Of a DNA stretch of 39,737 nucleotides, positions 18,555 to 28,674 are shown piece after piece. Under the pieces are notes generated by a model, which was not told the origin of the DNA, made no database searches, and was given only the letters and a program-made list of their open reading frames with translations. This DNA comes from a virus (lineage: Duplodnaviria; Caudoviricetes): the IMG/VR virus record IMGVR_UViG_3300048574_000176, positions 1 through 39,737 of that record, one strand, 5' to 3'. Position numbers and translations under genes: made by a program. Numbering within the stretch: the stretch's first letter is position 1; each line of letters begins with the position of its first letter.

Positions 18555-21029
18555 ATGGCGGACGATTTCGGTCTGAAAATAGGCGTCGAGGGCGAGAAGG
18601 AATTCAAAAAAGCGCTTTCGGATATCAACCAGAGTTTCAAGGTTCTCGGCTCTGAAATGCAACTGGTTACCAGCCAGTTTGAGAAAAATTACAAATCCGC
18701 GCAGTCGCTTACCTCCCGCAACGAAGTTCTGAATAAGGAAATTGATGCGCAGAAGGGCAAGATTGAAACCCTGCGCGCCGCCCTTGACAACGCGTCCGAA
18801 TCCTTCGGCGAAAACGACCGCCGCACCCAGAACTGGCAGGTTCAGCTGAATAAGGCGCAGGCGGAACTCAACGGCATGGAGCGCGAACTGACCGATAACG
18901 AGAAAGCCCTCGACGGTATGGGCAAGGGAGAGGACGAAGCGGCGAAGTCGGCTGATGGCCTTGGGAACGAGCTCAAGGATAGCGGTGACGAAGCGGAGAA
19001 ATCCGGCTCCAAGTTTGAGAAGCTGGGCGGCGTCCTCAAAGGCGTGGGCGTGGCGATGGGCGCGGTTGTTGTGGCAGCGGGAGCCGCCGCCATGAAACTC
19101 GGTCAGGAAGTCATTGCCGCCTATTCTGACTATGAACAGCTTGTCGGCGGCGTGGATACGCTCTTCGGCGAAGCGTCAAAAACGGTACAGGGCTACGCCG
19201 AAACCGCCTTTAAAACCGCCGGTATGTCCGCGAACACATATATGGAGACGGTCACGGGCTTTTCAGCGAGTCTCATCCAATCCCTCGGCGGCGACACCGC
19301 AAAGGCGGCAAAGGTCGCGGATATGGCGGTTACGGATATGGCCGACAACGCCAATAAAATGGGTACGGGCATCTCGTCCATACAAGACGCCTATCAGGGG
19401 TTTGCCAAACAAAACTATACCATGTTGGATAACTTGAAGCTGGGTTACGGCGGCACGAAGTCCGAAATGGAGCGACTGCTCTCCGATGCTGAAAAGTTCT
19501 CCGGCATTAAATATGACATTTCTTCGTATGCGGACGTCGCCGAGGCAATCCACGTCATACAAACAGAAATGGGCATCACCGGTACGACCGCCAAGGAAGC
19601 GACCGAAACGATAAGCGGGTCTATTGCCGGTATGCAGTCGGCCATCGGCAACCTGATGGCGGGGCTTGGCAACGCGGACGCGGACATTAAAGTGCTGATC
19701 GGCAACGTGGTGGACGCGTTCCAAAACGTCGTAAAAAACATCACGCCCGTTATCCAGAACATCGTCGCCGCTTTGCCGCCCGCCCTTAACGGAATTTTAA
19801 AGGCGGTCGGAAATTTGCTTCCAACACTGCTGTCTACGGTGGTCAATCTGTTCACACAGATGCTCAGTACCATTCTGACGCTCTTGCCACAGCTTATTCC
19901 CGCAGCCGTGGACGCTGTGATGACCATCGTCGGCGCGCTGATTGACAGTCTGCCGCTCCTCGTCGACGCGGCGGTGCAGTTGGTGACGGCTCTGGTCGGC
20001 GGTATCGGCTCGGCTTTGCCGGAACTGATACCGGCGGCGGTGAGCGCTGTTACTACCATCGTTCAAGGCCTGGCGGATAACCTGCCCATGATTCTTGAAG
20101 CGGCGCTGCAGCTTATCCTTGGGCTTGCCCGTGGTCTGCTGGACGCGATTCCGCAGTTAATCGCCGCCCTACCCGCCATTATTACAGCCATTGTGGACTT
20201 TATCATCGAAGCGATTCCAGAGATTATCGACGCGGGTATTCAGCTGCTGGTGTCACTGGTGACAGCGCTGCCGGTCATTATTGATGCCGTAGTCAAAGCG
20301 ATACCCAAAATTATTAATGGCATTATCACCGCCGTGATCGGCGCGATCCCCTTAATCATAGACGCCGGGGTGAAGCTGCTCATCGCCTTAATCCAGAACC
20401 TGCCGCAGATCATCACCACGGTTGTAAAGGCTATTCCGCAGATTGTCGGAAGTTTGGTAAATGCCATTGTCGGGAACATCGACAAGATCATCCTCGCGGG
20501 CGTCCAGCTACTGGTCGCACTCATTACGAACCTTCCGGCGATTATCGCCGCCGTAGTCAAGGCAGTGCCGCAGATTGTCGCGGGGCTGGTCAGCGCCTTT
20601 ACCGGCTACATCGGACAGATGGCGCAGGTCGGCGGCAACCTCATCAAGGGACTGTGGCAGGGCATTACCGACGCGGGCGCGTGGCTGTGGAACAAAATCA
20701 GCGGCTTTTTCGGTGGGATTGTGGACCGAATCAAGGACTTTTTCGGCATTCACTCTCCGTCGACGCTCTTTGCCGGGCTTGGCAAAAACATGGGTGAAGG
20801 CATTGGCGTAGGCTTTGAGGACGCCATGTCCGCCGTATCGCTGGATATGCAAAACGCCATCCCCACCCGCTTCGATTTCAACACCGGCAGCATGTCCGGG
20901 CAAGGCGGCGCTGTTTCCGGCACAAACATCACACAGAATATTTCCGTGGTGACGCCCAAGGCACTGTCCGAAAAGGAACTGGCGCGGGAATTCAAGAACC
21001 TATCGCGCAAGCTGGCGCTGGAGTATTAA
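18555..21029 (+). CDS. Tape measure protein
   Basis: N-terminal coiled coil, MLDNLKLGYGGT core, amphipathic LP.II.A..QL repeats, FFGIHSPS. Confidence 0.93.
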   Translation: MADDFGLKIGVEGEKEFKKALSDINQSFKVLGSEMQLVTSQFEKNYKSAQSLTSRNEVLNKEIDAQKGKIETLRAALDNASESFGENDRRTQNWQVQLNKAQAELNGMERELTDNEKALDGMGKGEDEAAKSADGLGNELKDSGDEAEKSGSKFEKLGGVLKGVGVAMGAVVVAAGAAAMKLGQEVIAAYSDYEQLVGGVDTLFGEASKTVQGYAETAFKTAGMSANTYMETVTGFSASLIQSLGGDTAKAAKVADMAVTDMADNANKMGTGISSIQDAYQGFAKQNYTMLDNLKLGYGGTKSEMERLLSDAEKFSGIKYDISSYADVAEAIHVIQTEMGITGTTAKEATETISGSIAGMQSAIGNLMAGLGNADADIKVLIGNVVDAFQNVVKNITPVIQNIVAALPPALNGILKAVGNLLPTLLSTVVNLFTQMLSTILTLLPQLIPAAVDAVMTIVGALIDSLPLLVDAAVQLVTALVGGIGSALPELIPAAVSAVTTIVQGLADNLPMILEAALQLILGLARGLLDAIPQLIAALPAIITAIVDFIIEAIPEIIDAGIQLLVSLVTALPVIIDAVVKAIPKIINGIITAVIGAIPLIIDAGVKLLIALIQNLPQIITTVVKAIPQIVGSLVNAIVGNIDKIILAGVQLLVALITNLPAIIAAVVKAVPQIVAGLVSAFTGYIGQMAQVGGNLIKGLWQGITDAGAWLWNKISGFFGGIVDRIKDFFGIHSPSTLFAGLGKNMGEGIGVGFEDAMSAVSLDMQNAIPTRFDFNTGSMSGQGGAVSGTNITQNISVVTPKALSEKELAREFKNLSRKLALEY

Positions 21030-21041
21030 AGGAGGACGGCT

Positions 21042-21893
21042 ATGGAACTGACCTATGTCAACGCGAACGGCAAAAGCATCACGCTCAAACAAAGCCGTCC
21101 GTATTTCCTTCAGAAGATAAACGGCACGGGCGATATCCGTCAGACCGTCAACACGTTTAAGGCGCCGGATCAGGACGGTGCCTTTTATATCTCGTCTACG
21201 CTGGATATGCGCAACATCACGCTGGAAGGCACGGTCATAGCGGACTCACCAGATGAAGCCTACGCGTGGCGTCATGGATTCCTTCAGATATTCAGCCCCA
21301 AGGTGGGCGGGACGCTGCTGTACCGGGAACGGCAAATCGCCTGCGTCGTGGAGGAGGCGGGGTTTACAGTTTCCACGCGCCATCGGATACCCAGCTTTTT
21401 TGTCAGCCTGCTCTGCCCGTCGCCTTTCTTTGAGACTCCAGAGGAAGTCCGCGAGGAACTGGCGTCCTGGATACCAAAGTTTAAGTTTGAACTGGAGATA
21501 CCCGAAAGCGGCATGGAATTCGGGATGCGCCAACCCAGCCAGATCATCACGGTCGACAATATCGGCGATGTTTCCTGCGGCTGCGAGATCGTGTTCCACG
21601 CGCTGGGAACGGTGTCGAATCCCGAACTGCTGAACATGGATACCGGGGAGTATGTCCGCATCCTCACGACAATGAGCACCGGGGATGAACTGCGGGTTTA
21701 CACCCATTTCGCCGGCAAGCGCGTCGTCAGCGTCAACGGAAGTACAGTGACGAACGCGTTCTCGCTGCTGGATACCGGCTCGGCGTTCTTTCAGCTTGCC
21801 GCCGGTATCAATACTCTGCGTTACGACGCTTCGGTCAATATGGAACTGCTCGAGGTCAGCATTTACTACCGACCGCAGTTTCTGGGGGTGTGA
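21042..21893 (+). CDS. Distal tail protein (Dit, siphovirus tail family)
   Basis: Directly after TMP; DGA..R.I.LEG, LLCPSPFF, F.L..G.N.LRY. Confidence 0.85.
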   Translation: MELTYVNANGKSITLKQSRPYFLQKINGTGDIRQTVNTFKAPDQDGAFYISSTLDMRNITLEGTVIADSPDEAYAWRHGFLQIFSPKVGGTLLYRERQIACVVEEAGFTVSTRHRIPSFFVSLLCPSPFFETPEEVREELASWIPKFKFELEIPESGMEFGMRQPSQIITVDNIGDVSCGCEIVFHALGTVSNPELLNMDTGEYVRILTTMSTGDELRVYTHFAGKRVVSVNGSTVTNAFSLLDTGSAFFQLAAGINTLRYDASVNMELLEVSIYYRPQFLGV

Positions 21894-21895
21894 GG

Positions 21896-23773
21896 ATGGA
21901 GCTGTATATCTACAATTCGAGCCGGGAGCTAACCGGTATCGTGGAGTCCTTCGAATACCTGCGCTGGACGCGGCGTTACTCCCAGTGTGGCTCCTTTGAA
22001 CTGAAAGCCATCGCGACGACGCAAAACACCGCTCTCTTGCAGGAGGGAAACTTCATATGGAAGAATGACGACGAGGAAGCGGGGATCATCGAGCATTTGG
22101 AAATGGCGCAGACAGAAAAGGAAATCATCACGGCAAGCGGCCGCTTTGCCACCTCGTTTCTCTCCCGGCGAATTGTCTGGCAGATGGAGAAGCTGTCGGG
22201 CGACCTCTCATCCTGTGTGGGACAGCTTTTGAACAACCATCTCATCAGTCCCGCTGAAACGGCGCGGCGAATTGACGGCATAGCCTTCTCGTTCCCAAGC
22301 CTGGGCGTTGCCGTCAGCACTCAGATATCGTACAAAAATCTGATGGACGCGGTGACGGAGCTGTGCGGCGCTTCAGAGATTGGCATAAAGACCGTATTCA
22401 CTCCGGCGACTCGCATTTTTACCGTTGCGCTGTATAAGGGCGGCAACTCTCAGGCGGTGTTCTCCAAAGAGTATGAAAATCTGACGGAGCAGAGCTATAC
22501 GGAGAGTGCGGCGGATTACGCCAACACCGCCCTCATCGGCGGCGAGGGTGAAGGAGGAAGCCGCACGTTTGCCGCCATTACGGGTGGCTCCGGAGAAACC
22601 CGGCGTGAGATTTTTGTGGACGCCAAAGACCTGCAGAAAACGGACTTCGGCGACGGTTACACCGATGCGCTGATTTTCCGTGGCCAGAGCAAGCTGAGTG
22701 AGCAGAAAATCCGGTATTCATTTGATACCTCGGTTAACCCTCACGGCAACCTGACCTACAAGACGGACTTTGACCTCGGCCAGACGGTCAAGGTCATGTC
22801 CAAAGCCTGGGGCGTATCCATGACGACGCGCATCACTGAAATCGAGGAGACCTACGACGCGGACGGTCTGAGCATCAGCGTCGTGTTCGGCAAGGCCGAG
22901 CTTACCATCGCGCAGAAGATGCGTTCCGACATGAGCGAGGTCAAAACGGCGCTGTCGGCTCCGGCAGGCATAGCTGAAGTAACCGAGGCGCTGGACGCCG
23001 TATCGGGAACGCTGGGAAATCTGTCGGAGGTGGACCCGGATATTCAAGGGGAAACCTTCACGGCCACCGTAAACAACCTCTTCGGAAAGCTGCCCGCGCT
23101 CGAAATAACCGTGGGTGCGGGCACGATATCGGCCGGGCAATACGCCCTACGCCATATGGAGCCAGGCGACTCGCTGTATTTCACCTCGTGGAGCGGCAAC
23201 AAATTCAGCGACCAGCCGAGCGACGACGGGCAGCTTTTTCTGGTAAAGCACAACGGGGACAGCACGGGAACCGGTTATCAGCGAGCAATGGGCTTCTTTA
23301 TCTCCCGCAACACCATGACGTTCTACGTGATTTCCATCTTTATATACAACAATCCGTCGGGCGCGGCGAACTGGCTGAATATCAACAACGAGCCGATCAC
23401 CACGGCGCGGCTGGCGAGCGGCGCTGTCACCACCGCGAAAATCGCCCAGGAGGCCGACACCTCAGTTACCTACTCGCTTGGGAGTGGCGTTACGGTGGGC
23501 GCGAATATGTCCTTTGTGAATAAGGGCGTCGTTTCCATCGGAATGCAGGTCAATGTGGGTTCCTCGGGAGTCGCCTCCGGCGGCACGATCCTTACGATCA
23601 CAAACGCGAACTTTTACCCCTACGCGACGGTTCGCTCCGTGGCGACGGCCGTGGGCGGCAACGGCACCAATATGCCGATTACAATCAGCGCCAGCGGTGT
23701 GGTGGCAAACGCCGCCTCGTCCACGCTGCCCACGGGCTATTACCTGATATCCTGCTCTTACGCGAGAGCTTAA
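21896..23773 (+). CDS. ReqiPepy6 Gp37-like tail/baseplate hub protein with C-terminal extension
   Basis: LRWTRRY..G.FEL, N.ALIGGEGEG..R, RREIFVDAKD, DFDLGQ.V..ITEIEE. Confidence 0.82.
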   Translation: MELYIYNSSRELTGIVESFEYLRWTRRYSQCGSFELKAIATTQNTALLQEGNFIWKNDDEEAGIIEHLEMAQTEKEIITASGRFATSFLSRRIVWQMEKLSGDLSSCVGQLLNNHLISPAETARRIDGIAFSFPSLGVAVSTQISYKNLMDAVTELCGASEIGIKTVFTPATRIFTVALYKGGNSQAVFSKEYENLTEQSYTESAADYANTALIGGEGEGGSRTFAAITGGSGETRREIFVDAKDLQKTDFGDGYTDALIFRGQSKLSEQKIRYSFDTSVNPHGNLTYKTDFDLGQTVKVMSKAWGVSMTTRITEIEETYDADGLSISVVFGKAELTIAQKMRSDMSEVKTALSAPAGIAEVTEALDAVSGTLGNLSEVDPDIQGETFTATVNNLFGKLPALEITVGAGTISAGQYALRHMEPGDSLYFTSWSGNKFSDQPSDDGQLFLVKHNGDSTGTGYQRAMGFFISRNTMTFYVISIFIYNNPSGAANWLNINNEPITTARLASGAVTTAKIAQEADTSVTYSLGSGVTVGANMSFVNKGVVSIGMQVNVGSSGVASGGTILTITNANFYPYATVRSVATAVGGNGTNMPITISASGVVANAASSTLPTGYYLISCSYARA

Positions 23774-23788
23774 CGGGAGGAAAGCAAT

Positions 23789-24292
23789 ATGGAGAAAAGC
23801 GGATTTTTCAACTCATCGGATGGAGATCGAATCTATGACGCGACGGACTTCGCGGCGTATTTCGGAAGTCTCGTCTCAAACGGCGTATTTTACGCGGCGG
23901 CGACCAACCTGCAGGCGACGCCGGGGAGCGGGCTGGCGGTAAGCGTTGCGGCGGGCGGCGCGTGGATAAGCGGTTACCGCTACGAGAACACGGACGCCTT
24001 AAACCTTCCGCTCACCACGGCGAACGGGAGCAATCCCCGGATTGACCGGGTTGTCGTCCGTTTAAGCAAGGTCAGCCGAAGTATTCGGCTTGCCGTTGTC
24101 GCCGGTACCCCCGCCGCGACACCAGTGGCCCCAGCACTGACAAGAACCAGCGACGTTTACGAACTCGGCATCGCCGACGTGCTGGTACCTGCTGCCGCCA
24201 CATCAATCATCGCGAACAACATCACCGATACCCGGCTGAACACCAGCCTTTGCGGACTGGTCAATTCGCTGATAACGGCGGTTTATGAATAA
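23789..24292 (+). CDS. Baseplate upper / minor tail protein
   Basis: SGFFNS..GDRIYDA.DFA.YF..NGVF; RIDRVVVRL; ITDTRLN..LCG.V. Confidence 0.75.
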   Translation: MEKSGFFNSSDGDRIYDATDFAAYFGSLVSNGVFYAAATNLQATPGSGLAVSVAAGGAWISGYRYENTDALNLPLTTANGSNPRIDRVVVRLSKVSRSIRLAVVAGTPAATPVAPALTRTSDVYELGIADVLVPAAATSIIANNITDTRLNTSLCGLVNSLITAVYE

Positions 24293-24306
24293 GGAGGCGA
24301 TTGACA

Positions 24307-26661
24307 GTGGCGGATATTAACGGCGTAACTCTGAACGCGGGCTCCGGCCCGACCGTCCATTACACCATTACCTATTCCAAGAGCCGACCGAACAACAGCC
24401 AGATGACCTACAATTTCACTATCTCCGCCGCGCTGGGTTCCTCCGGCTCCTACATCCACAGCGGCTACGCCCTACTCTGCACCATGACGGTCAACGGCTC
24501 GTCCGCGCAGGTGCGCATCAAGGCGGCGGACGGCGACGACTGGGACGGGACCACGCCGAGGCTCAGATACGTTACGGTGACCTGCGCTTCCACAGCCGGA
24601 AACACCGCGCAGGGCGTGCGTTTTCAAGTAGTGTCGGACGGGCGGCTGGCGCTTTCTTCCGGGGTAATCGACAATTCAGGTTATACGGTATTAAGTTCGG
24701 ATCTTCTCACCACGGCCTGCGGCGCGCCGACCTCCTGCTCAGTCAGCCCGATTCTTGCTGAGGGAAACGTGACGCTTTCCTGGAGCGGAGCCTCAAGCGG
24801 CATAGGCAATGCGATTTTCAGTTATGAAATTCAGTACAGTGATTCCACGGACAACGCCGCCTGGGGAACGTGGACGGCGCTGACGACGGTGGCCACCACG
24901 GCTTCCAGCGGCAGCGTATCTGTTGCGCCACCCCCGACGCGTGGCAATTACCGCAGATTCCAGGTGCGGACGCGCGGCGCGGCGGGAGCGAGCTACTATT
25001 CGGGGTGGAAAGTATCCACAAACTCCGTCCGCAGAAATACGGCGCCGAAACCCGCAACGTCGGTGGTCGCCACTCCCGCGACCTACAGCAACGAGACGAT
25101 CACGCTGACATGGAGCGGAGCATCGGGCGGCACCAGCGCGGTTAAGGGCTATCAGATCGCCAGCCGCACTTCAACGGACAACAGCACCTGGAGCGCGTGG
25201 AACGTGCTGACCATGCTGACGCTGTCGGCCAGCGGCGGCAGCTATAACCCGGCTGTCTCAAGCACACCGGGAACGTATACGCAATTCGGCGTCTGGACGA
25301 TTGACTCGCTGGATGTCTACTCGGCAGAAACAGTTAGCAACAGCATTTTCTGCGATGTCACAGCCTGCGGAGCGCCGACACTTTGCTCTGTAAGTGCGGC
25401 GTTGGCCGAAGGAAATGTCACCCTCTCGTGGAGCGGTGCTACGTCCGGTGCGGGAAACGCCATCACATCCTATGAAATCCAATACAGCGACTCACCTGAC
25501 AACAGCGTCTGGGGAGACTGGACGGTGCTAATGACGGTGAACACCACCGCGACAAGCAACAGCGTAAGCGTCAGTCCGTCGGGCGTAAGGGGAAATTACC
25601 GCCGCTTCAGAGTGAGAACCTGCGGAGCCGCCAGCGAAGGATATTATTCCGATTGGGCGGTGTCCGGCAATACCGTACGAAAAAACACACTGCCAACCCC
25701 GCCGGTATCCTTTGCCGTCGCACCCTCAATCTATGAGGGAAACATCGTGACCCTCACATGGAGCGGCGCGGCGCCGGGCACGAGTGCCATCAAGCAGTAT
25801 GTCATTCAGCGCGCGACCTCCACGGACGGGACGAACTGGTCGGCATACGAGGCTCTTACAATTGTTGTTTCGAGCTTGACATCGGGAACGTATACGGCAA
25901 ACGCCTCCCAGGTAGCCGGAACATATACCCGTTACCGCATCAGCGTAACCGATACCTTAGACGCTGTTTCCGCGTATGTCGTCAGCGGGGCGGTAAAGAA
26001 AAACAGCCCTCCGACCGCTCCAGTCATCATCTGCCCGGTGTCCGGCGCTTCCAGTTACAATAGCACTCCGCGTTTTATGATTATAACGGGAGTCGAGCCG
26101 GACGGCCAGTCGCAGATGGTGGAGGTAAAAATTGACGCGGGCGCTTGGATCAACAGCGTGGATGATCCCGAAAGGTTCTCCACCGGCGGCTATCTCGGCA
26201 ACAGCGTTAAAACGGTGTTGCATCCGGAAGCGCTGGCGGAGGGAAGCCATTCCGTTACCATCCGCTGCCTCGACAGTGATACCGCGTCCGCGAGTCCCGA
26301 GGTGACGCGCACTTTCACGGTTCTTCCGACACCCTTCGAAACGATTACCGCGAACGAAACCCATGTGAAAGCCGCTCATATCCTAACGCTCCGCACCGCT
26401 GTAAATATGGCGCGAAGCTATTACAACCAGCCGTCCGCGACGTGGAGCGAGGAAATTGCCGCCGGAAAGACAGCGGTCAAAAATTGGCCATTCCATATCA
26501 CGGAGCTTCGAAAAGCCATCGAACCTGTCGTCGCGGTGATCAACGGTTTCGATTCCTCCTCGACCTTCGATGTTCCTCCCATTACATGGTCACCAATCGG
26601 CACCGGCCGACCCAAAGCGGCGGTCATGACTCAGTTGTGGGAGCTGCTCCTATCCCTGTAG
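24307..26661 (+). CDS. Tail fibre/adhesin with four fibronectin-III-like domains
   Basis: Ser/Thr-rich; repeated VTLSWSGA..I..YEIQ..W..W..Y.RFRV units. Confidence 0.78.
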   Translation: MADINGVTLNAGSGPTVHYTITYSKSRPNNSQMTYNFTISAALGSSGSYIHSGYALLCTMTVNGSSAQVRIKAADGDDWDGTTPRLRYVTVTCASTAGNTAQGVRFQVVSDGRLALSSGVIDNSGYTVLSSDLLTTACGAPTSCSVSPILAEGNVTLSWSGASSGIGNAIFSYEIQYSDSTDNAAWGTWTALTTVATTASSGSVSVAPPPTRGNYRRFQVRTRGAAGASYYSGWKVSTNSVRRNTAPKPATSVVATPATYSNETITLTWSGASGGTSAVKGYQIASRTSTDNSTWSAWNVLTMLTLSASGGSYNPAVSSTPGTYTQFGVWTIDSLDVYSAETVSNSIFCDVTACGAPTLCSVSAALAEGNVTLSWSGATSGAGNAITSYEIQYSDSPDNSVWGDWTVLMTVNTTATSNSVSVSPSGVRGNYRRFRVRTCGAASEGYYSDWAVSGNTVRKNTLPTPPVSFAVAPSIYEGNIVTLTWSGAAPGTSAIKQYVIQRATSTDGTNWSAYEALTIVVSSLTSGTYTANASQVAGTYTRYRISVTDTLDAVSAYVVSGAVKKNSPPTAPVIICPVSGASSYNSTPRFMIITGVEPDGQSQMVEVKIDAGAWINSVDDPERFSTGGYLGNSVKTVLHPEALAEGSHSVTIRCLDSDTASASPEVTRTFTVLPTPFETITANETHVKAAHILTLRTAVNMARSYYNQPSATWSEEIAAGKTAVKNWPFHITELRKAIEPVVAVINGFDSSSTFDVPPITWSPIGTGRPKAAVMTQLWELLLSL

Positions 26662-26677
26662 CTGAATAACTTTTTTC

Positions 26678-26709
26678 AGCGTTCCCGCTGCGGTGGGAGC
26701 GCTTTTTTT
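26678..26709 (+). terminator. Intrinsic terminator before the lysis genes
   Basis: agcgttcccgc-tgcg-gtgggagcgct plus T-tract. Confidence 0.75.
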
Positions 26710-26737
26710 ATACAAATTCATGAATGGAGGTATTGCA

Positions 26738-27151
26738 ATGAAAGAAGTATGGACTTGGGTTCAAATAGGACTCGCGGCGGTAGGCGGCTTCCTCGGCTGG
26801 TTTGTCGGGGGCTTTGACGGCTTTCTTTACGCGCTGCTCGTGTTTGTGGTCGCCGACTATATCACCGGGGTGATGTGCGCCATCGCGGACAAAAAGCTGT
26901 CCAGCGAGGTTGGCTTCAAAGGTATCTGCAAAAAGGTACTGATTTTCGTCATGGTCGGCATCGGGCACATCGTCGACATTTATCTCATCGGCAACGGCGA
27001 GGTTATACGCACAGCCGTGATTTTTTTCTACTGCTCCAACGAGGGCGTGTCGATGCTGGAAAACGCCGGGCATCTGGGGCTTCCCATTCCGCAGCAGCTC
27101 AAGGATATTCTGGAGCAGCTTCACGACCGCAGTGAAAAGGGGGACAAATAA
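26738..27151 (+). CDS. Phage holin (toxin secretion/phage lysis family)
   Basis: Hydrophobic helices; DYITG, LSSEVGFKGI.KK, NEGVSMLENA..GLPIP. Confidence 0.92.
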   Translation: MKEVWTWVQIGLAAVGGFLGWFVGGFDGFLYALLVFVVADYITGVMCAIADKKLSSEVGFKGICKKVLIFVMVGIGHIVDIYLIGNGEVIRTAVIFFYCSNEGVSMLENAGHLGLPIPQQLKDILEQLHDRSEKGDK

Positions 27152-27931
27152 ATGAACCTGCATAAACTTATTCTGACAAACAACGCCTGCTATAAGGCAG
27201 GCCGCACCATTACACCAAAAGGTATCATGGTGCATTCCACTGGGGCGAACAATCCGAGTCTCAAACGCTATGTCGGCCCGGACGACGGTCTGCTCGGTAA
27301 AAACCAGTACAACAACCACTGGAACCAGAACACGCCGGACGGCCGTCAGGTCTGCGTCCACGGTTTTATCGGCAAGCTGTCCGACGGCTCCATCGCAACG
27401 TACCAGACCTTGCCGTGGAATATGCGCGGCTGGCACTGCGGCGGTTCCGGCAATGACACGCATATTTCCTTTGAAATCTGCGAGGATGGTCTGACGGATG
27501 CTGCATACTTCAACGCCATATATAAGGAAGCAGCCGAACTGTGCGCTTACCTCTGCAAGCAGTATGGGCTGACCGAAAAGAACGTCATCTGTCATTCAGA
27601 GGGCTACAAGCTGGGGATAGCTTCTAACCACGGCGATGTGATGCACTGGTTTCCCCGGTTTGGCAAGAGCATGGATACGTTCCGTGCCGAGGTCGGGAAG
27701 CTGCTCGCGGCGTCAAACACTCCGACTACTGCTCCGTCCGGCTTTGCCGTCGGCGATCGGGTCATTTTAAACGGCGCGGTTTATGCTGACAGCTACGGCG
27801 GCGGGAAAGGACGATCCTTCCAGAACAGAAATTGTACTGTCACCCGCATAGTCGACCTCAAACGCAAGTGCCCGTACCTGCTGGATAATAGCTTGGGCTG
27901 GGTGCCGAATGACAGCATCCGAAAAGCATAA
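27152..27931 (+). CDS. Endolysin, N-acetylmuramoyl-L-alanine amidase (Amidase_2) with SH3-like C-terminus
   Basis: IMVHSTG, WHCGG, SFEICE, ICHSEG, NHGD. Confidence 0.92.
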   Translation: MNLHKLILTNNACYKAGRTITPKGIMVHSTGANNPSLKRYVGPDDGLLGKNQYNNHWNQNTPDGRQVCVHGFIGKLSDGSIATYQTLPWNMRGWHCGGSGNDTHISFEICEDGLTDAAYFNAIYKEAAELCAYLCKQYGLTEKNVICHSEGYKLGIASNHGDVMHWFPRFGKSMDTFRAEVGKLLAASNTPTTAPSGFAVGDRVILNGAVYADSYGGGKGRSFQNRNCTVTRIVDLKRKCPYLLDNSLGWVPNDSIRKA

Positions 27932-27964
27932 CAGAATTTCTATTACAAATAGCCACAGGTTTTC

Positions 27965-28005
27965 AAGCCCATCGAGGATTTTTTCTTCGGTGGGCTTATT
28001 TTTTT
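27965..28005 (+). terminator. Intrinsic terminator after the lysin
   Basis: aagcccatcgagga...tcttcggtgggctt plus T-tract. Confidence 0.75.
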
Positions 28006-28081
28006 ATATCCTTTTCGGCCGAACGGCCTTTTTCCTTCCAGTGGGTAGTGAGGACAGAAGCCTCAGACTGGAGGGCAAGCA

Positions 28082-28459
28082 ATGACAAGGGATGACACAG
28101 CAAAAATTACTGAACTTCAGAATAGAGGAATGGGTTATAAACAAATATCCTCGCTGATGGGTCTTTCCGTCAATACGGTCAAGTCTTACTGCCGCAGGCA
28201 CCCGGTCGGCAAGTATGGAATTTGTCAGCAGTGCGGGGCACCCATCAAGCAAACGCCGCATAAGAGAGCGAAGAAGTTCTGCTCCGACGCCTGCAGGATG
28301 GCGTGGTGGAAAGCGCACCCGGAGCAAGTCAAAAGAAAGGTCTTTCACCTGACCTGTGTCTGGTGCGGAAAACCCTTTGACAGCGTCGGTAGCGGCGAGC
28401 GCAAATACTGCTCCCGAGTCTGTTACGCCGATGCCAGACGCAAGGAGGCGTGGGAATGA
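28082..28459 (+). CDS. HTH plus Cys4 zinc-finger DNA-binding protein
   Basis: GMGYKQIS..GLSVNTVKSYCRR; CQQC..FCSDAC; CVWC..YCSRVC. Confidence 0.85.
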   Translation: MTRDDTAKITELQNRGMGYKQISSLMGLSVNTVKSYCRRHPVGKYGICQQCGAPIKQTPHKRAKKFCSDACRMAWWKAHPEQVKRKVFHLTCVWCGKPFDSVGSGERKYCSRVCYADARRKEAWE

Positions 28460-28617
28460 CAGATGAACTGTTCCAGCGCGTGGCGCTCTATCAGATAACG
28501 ATGTCGATCATGCGGGGTATGCTCACCAAAGGTATTATTTCGGAGAAAGAGTATGCGGAGATTGATACAATATTCGCCGAAAAATACGGCTTATCTTCGT
28601 CAACTATATATCGCTGA
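28456..28617 (+). CDS. Small SHOCT-like protein (53 aa), below the ORF-track cutoff
   Basis: ATG overlapping the previous stop after ggagg; MLTKGIISEKEYAEID..EKY. Confidence 0.72.
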   Translation: MTDELFQRVALYQITMSIMRGMLTKGIISEKEYAEIDTIFAEKYGLSSSTIYR

Positions 28618-28622
28618 ACGCC

Positions 28623-28652
28623 TTGCTATTACTGCATTTTAGAGTGAATATG
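28623..28652 (+). promoter_or_regulatory. Conserved promoter-like motif, copy 3
   Basis: TTGCTAT-N11-AGAGTGAATATG directly upstream of the recombinase RBS. Confidence 0.6.
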
Positions 28653-28674
28653 ACATGACGAGGAGGTGATATAA

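Noticed and set aside
24712-26007. Diversity-generating retroelement TR/VR pair
   Set aside because: Both copies are in-frame coding domains, differences are not adenine-specific, and there is no RT
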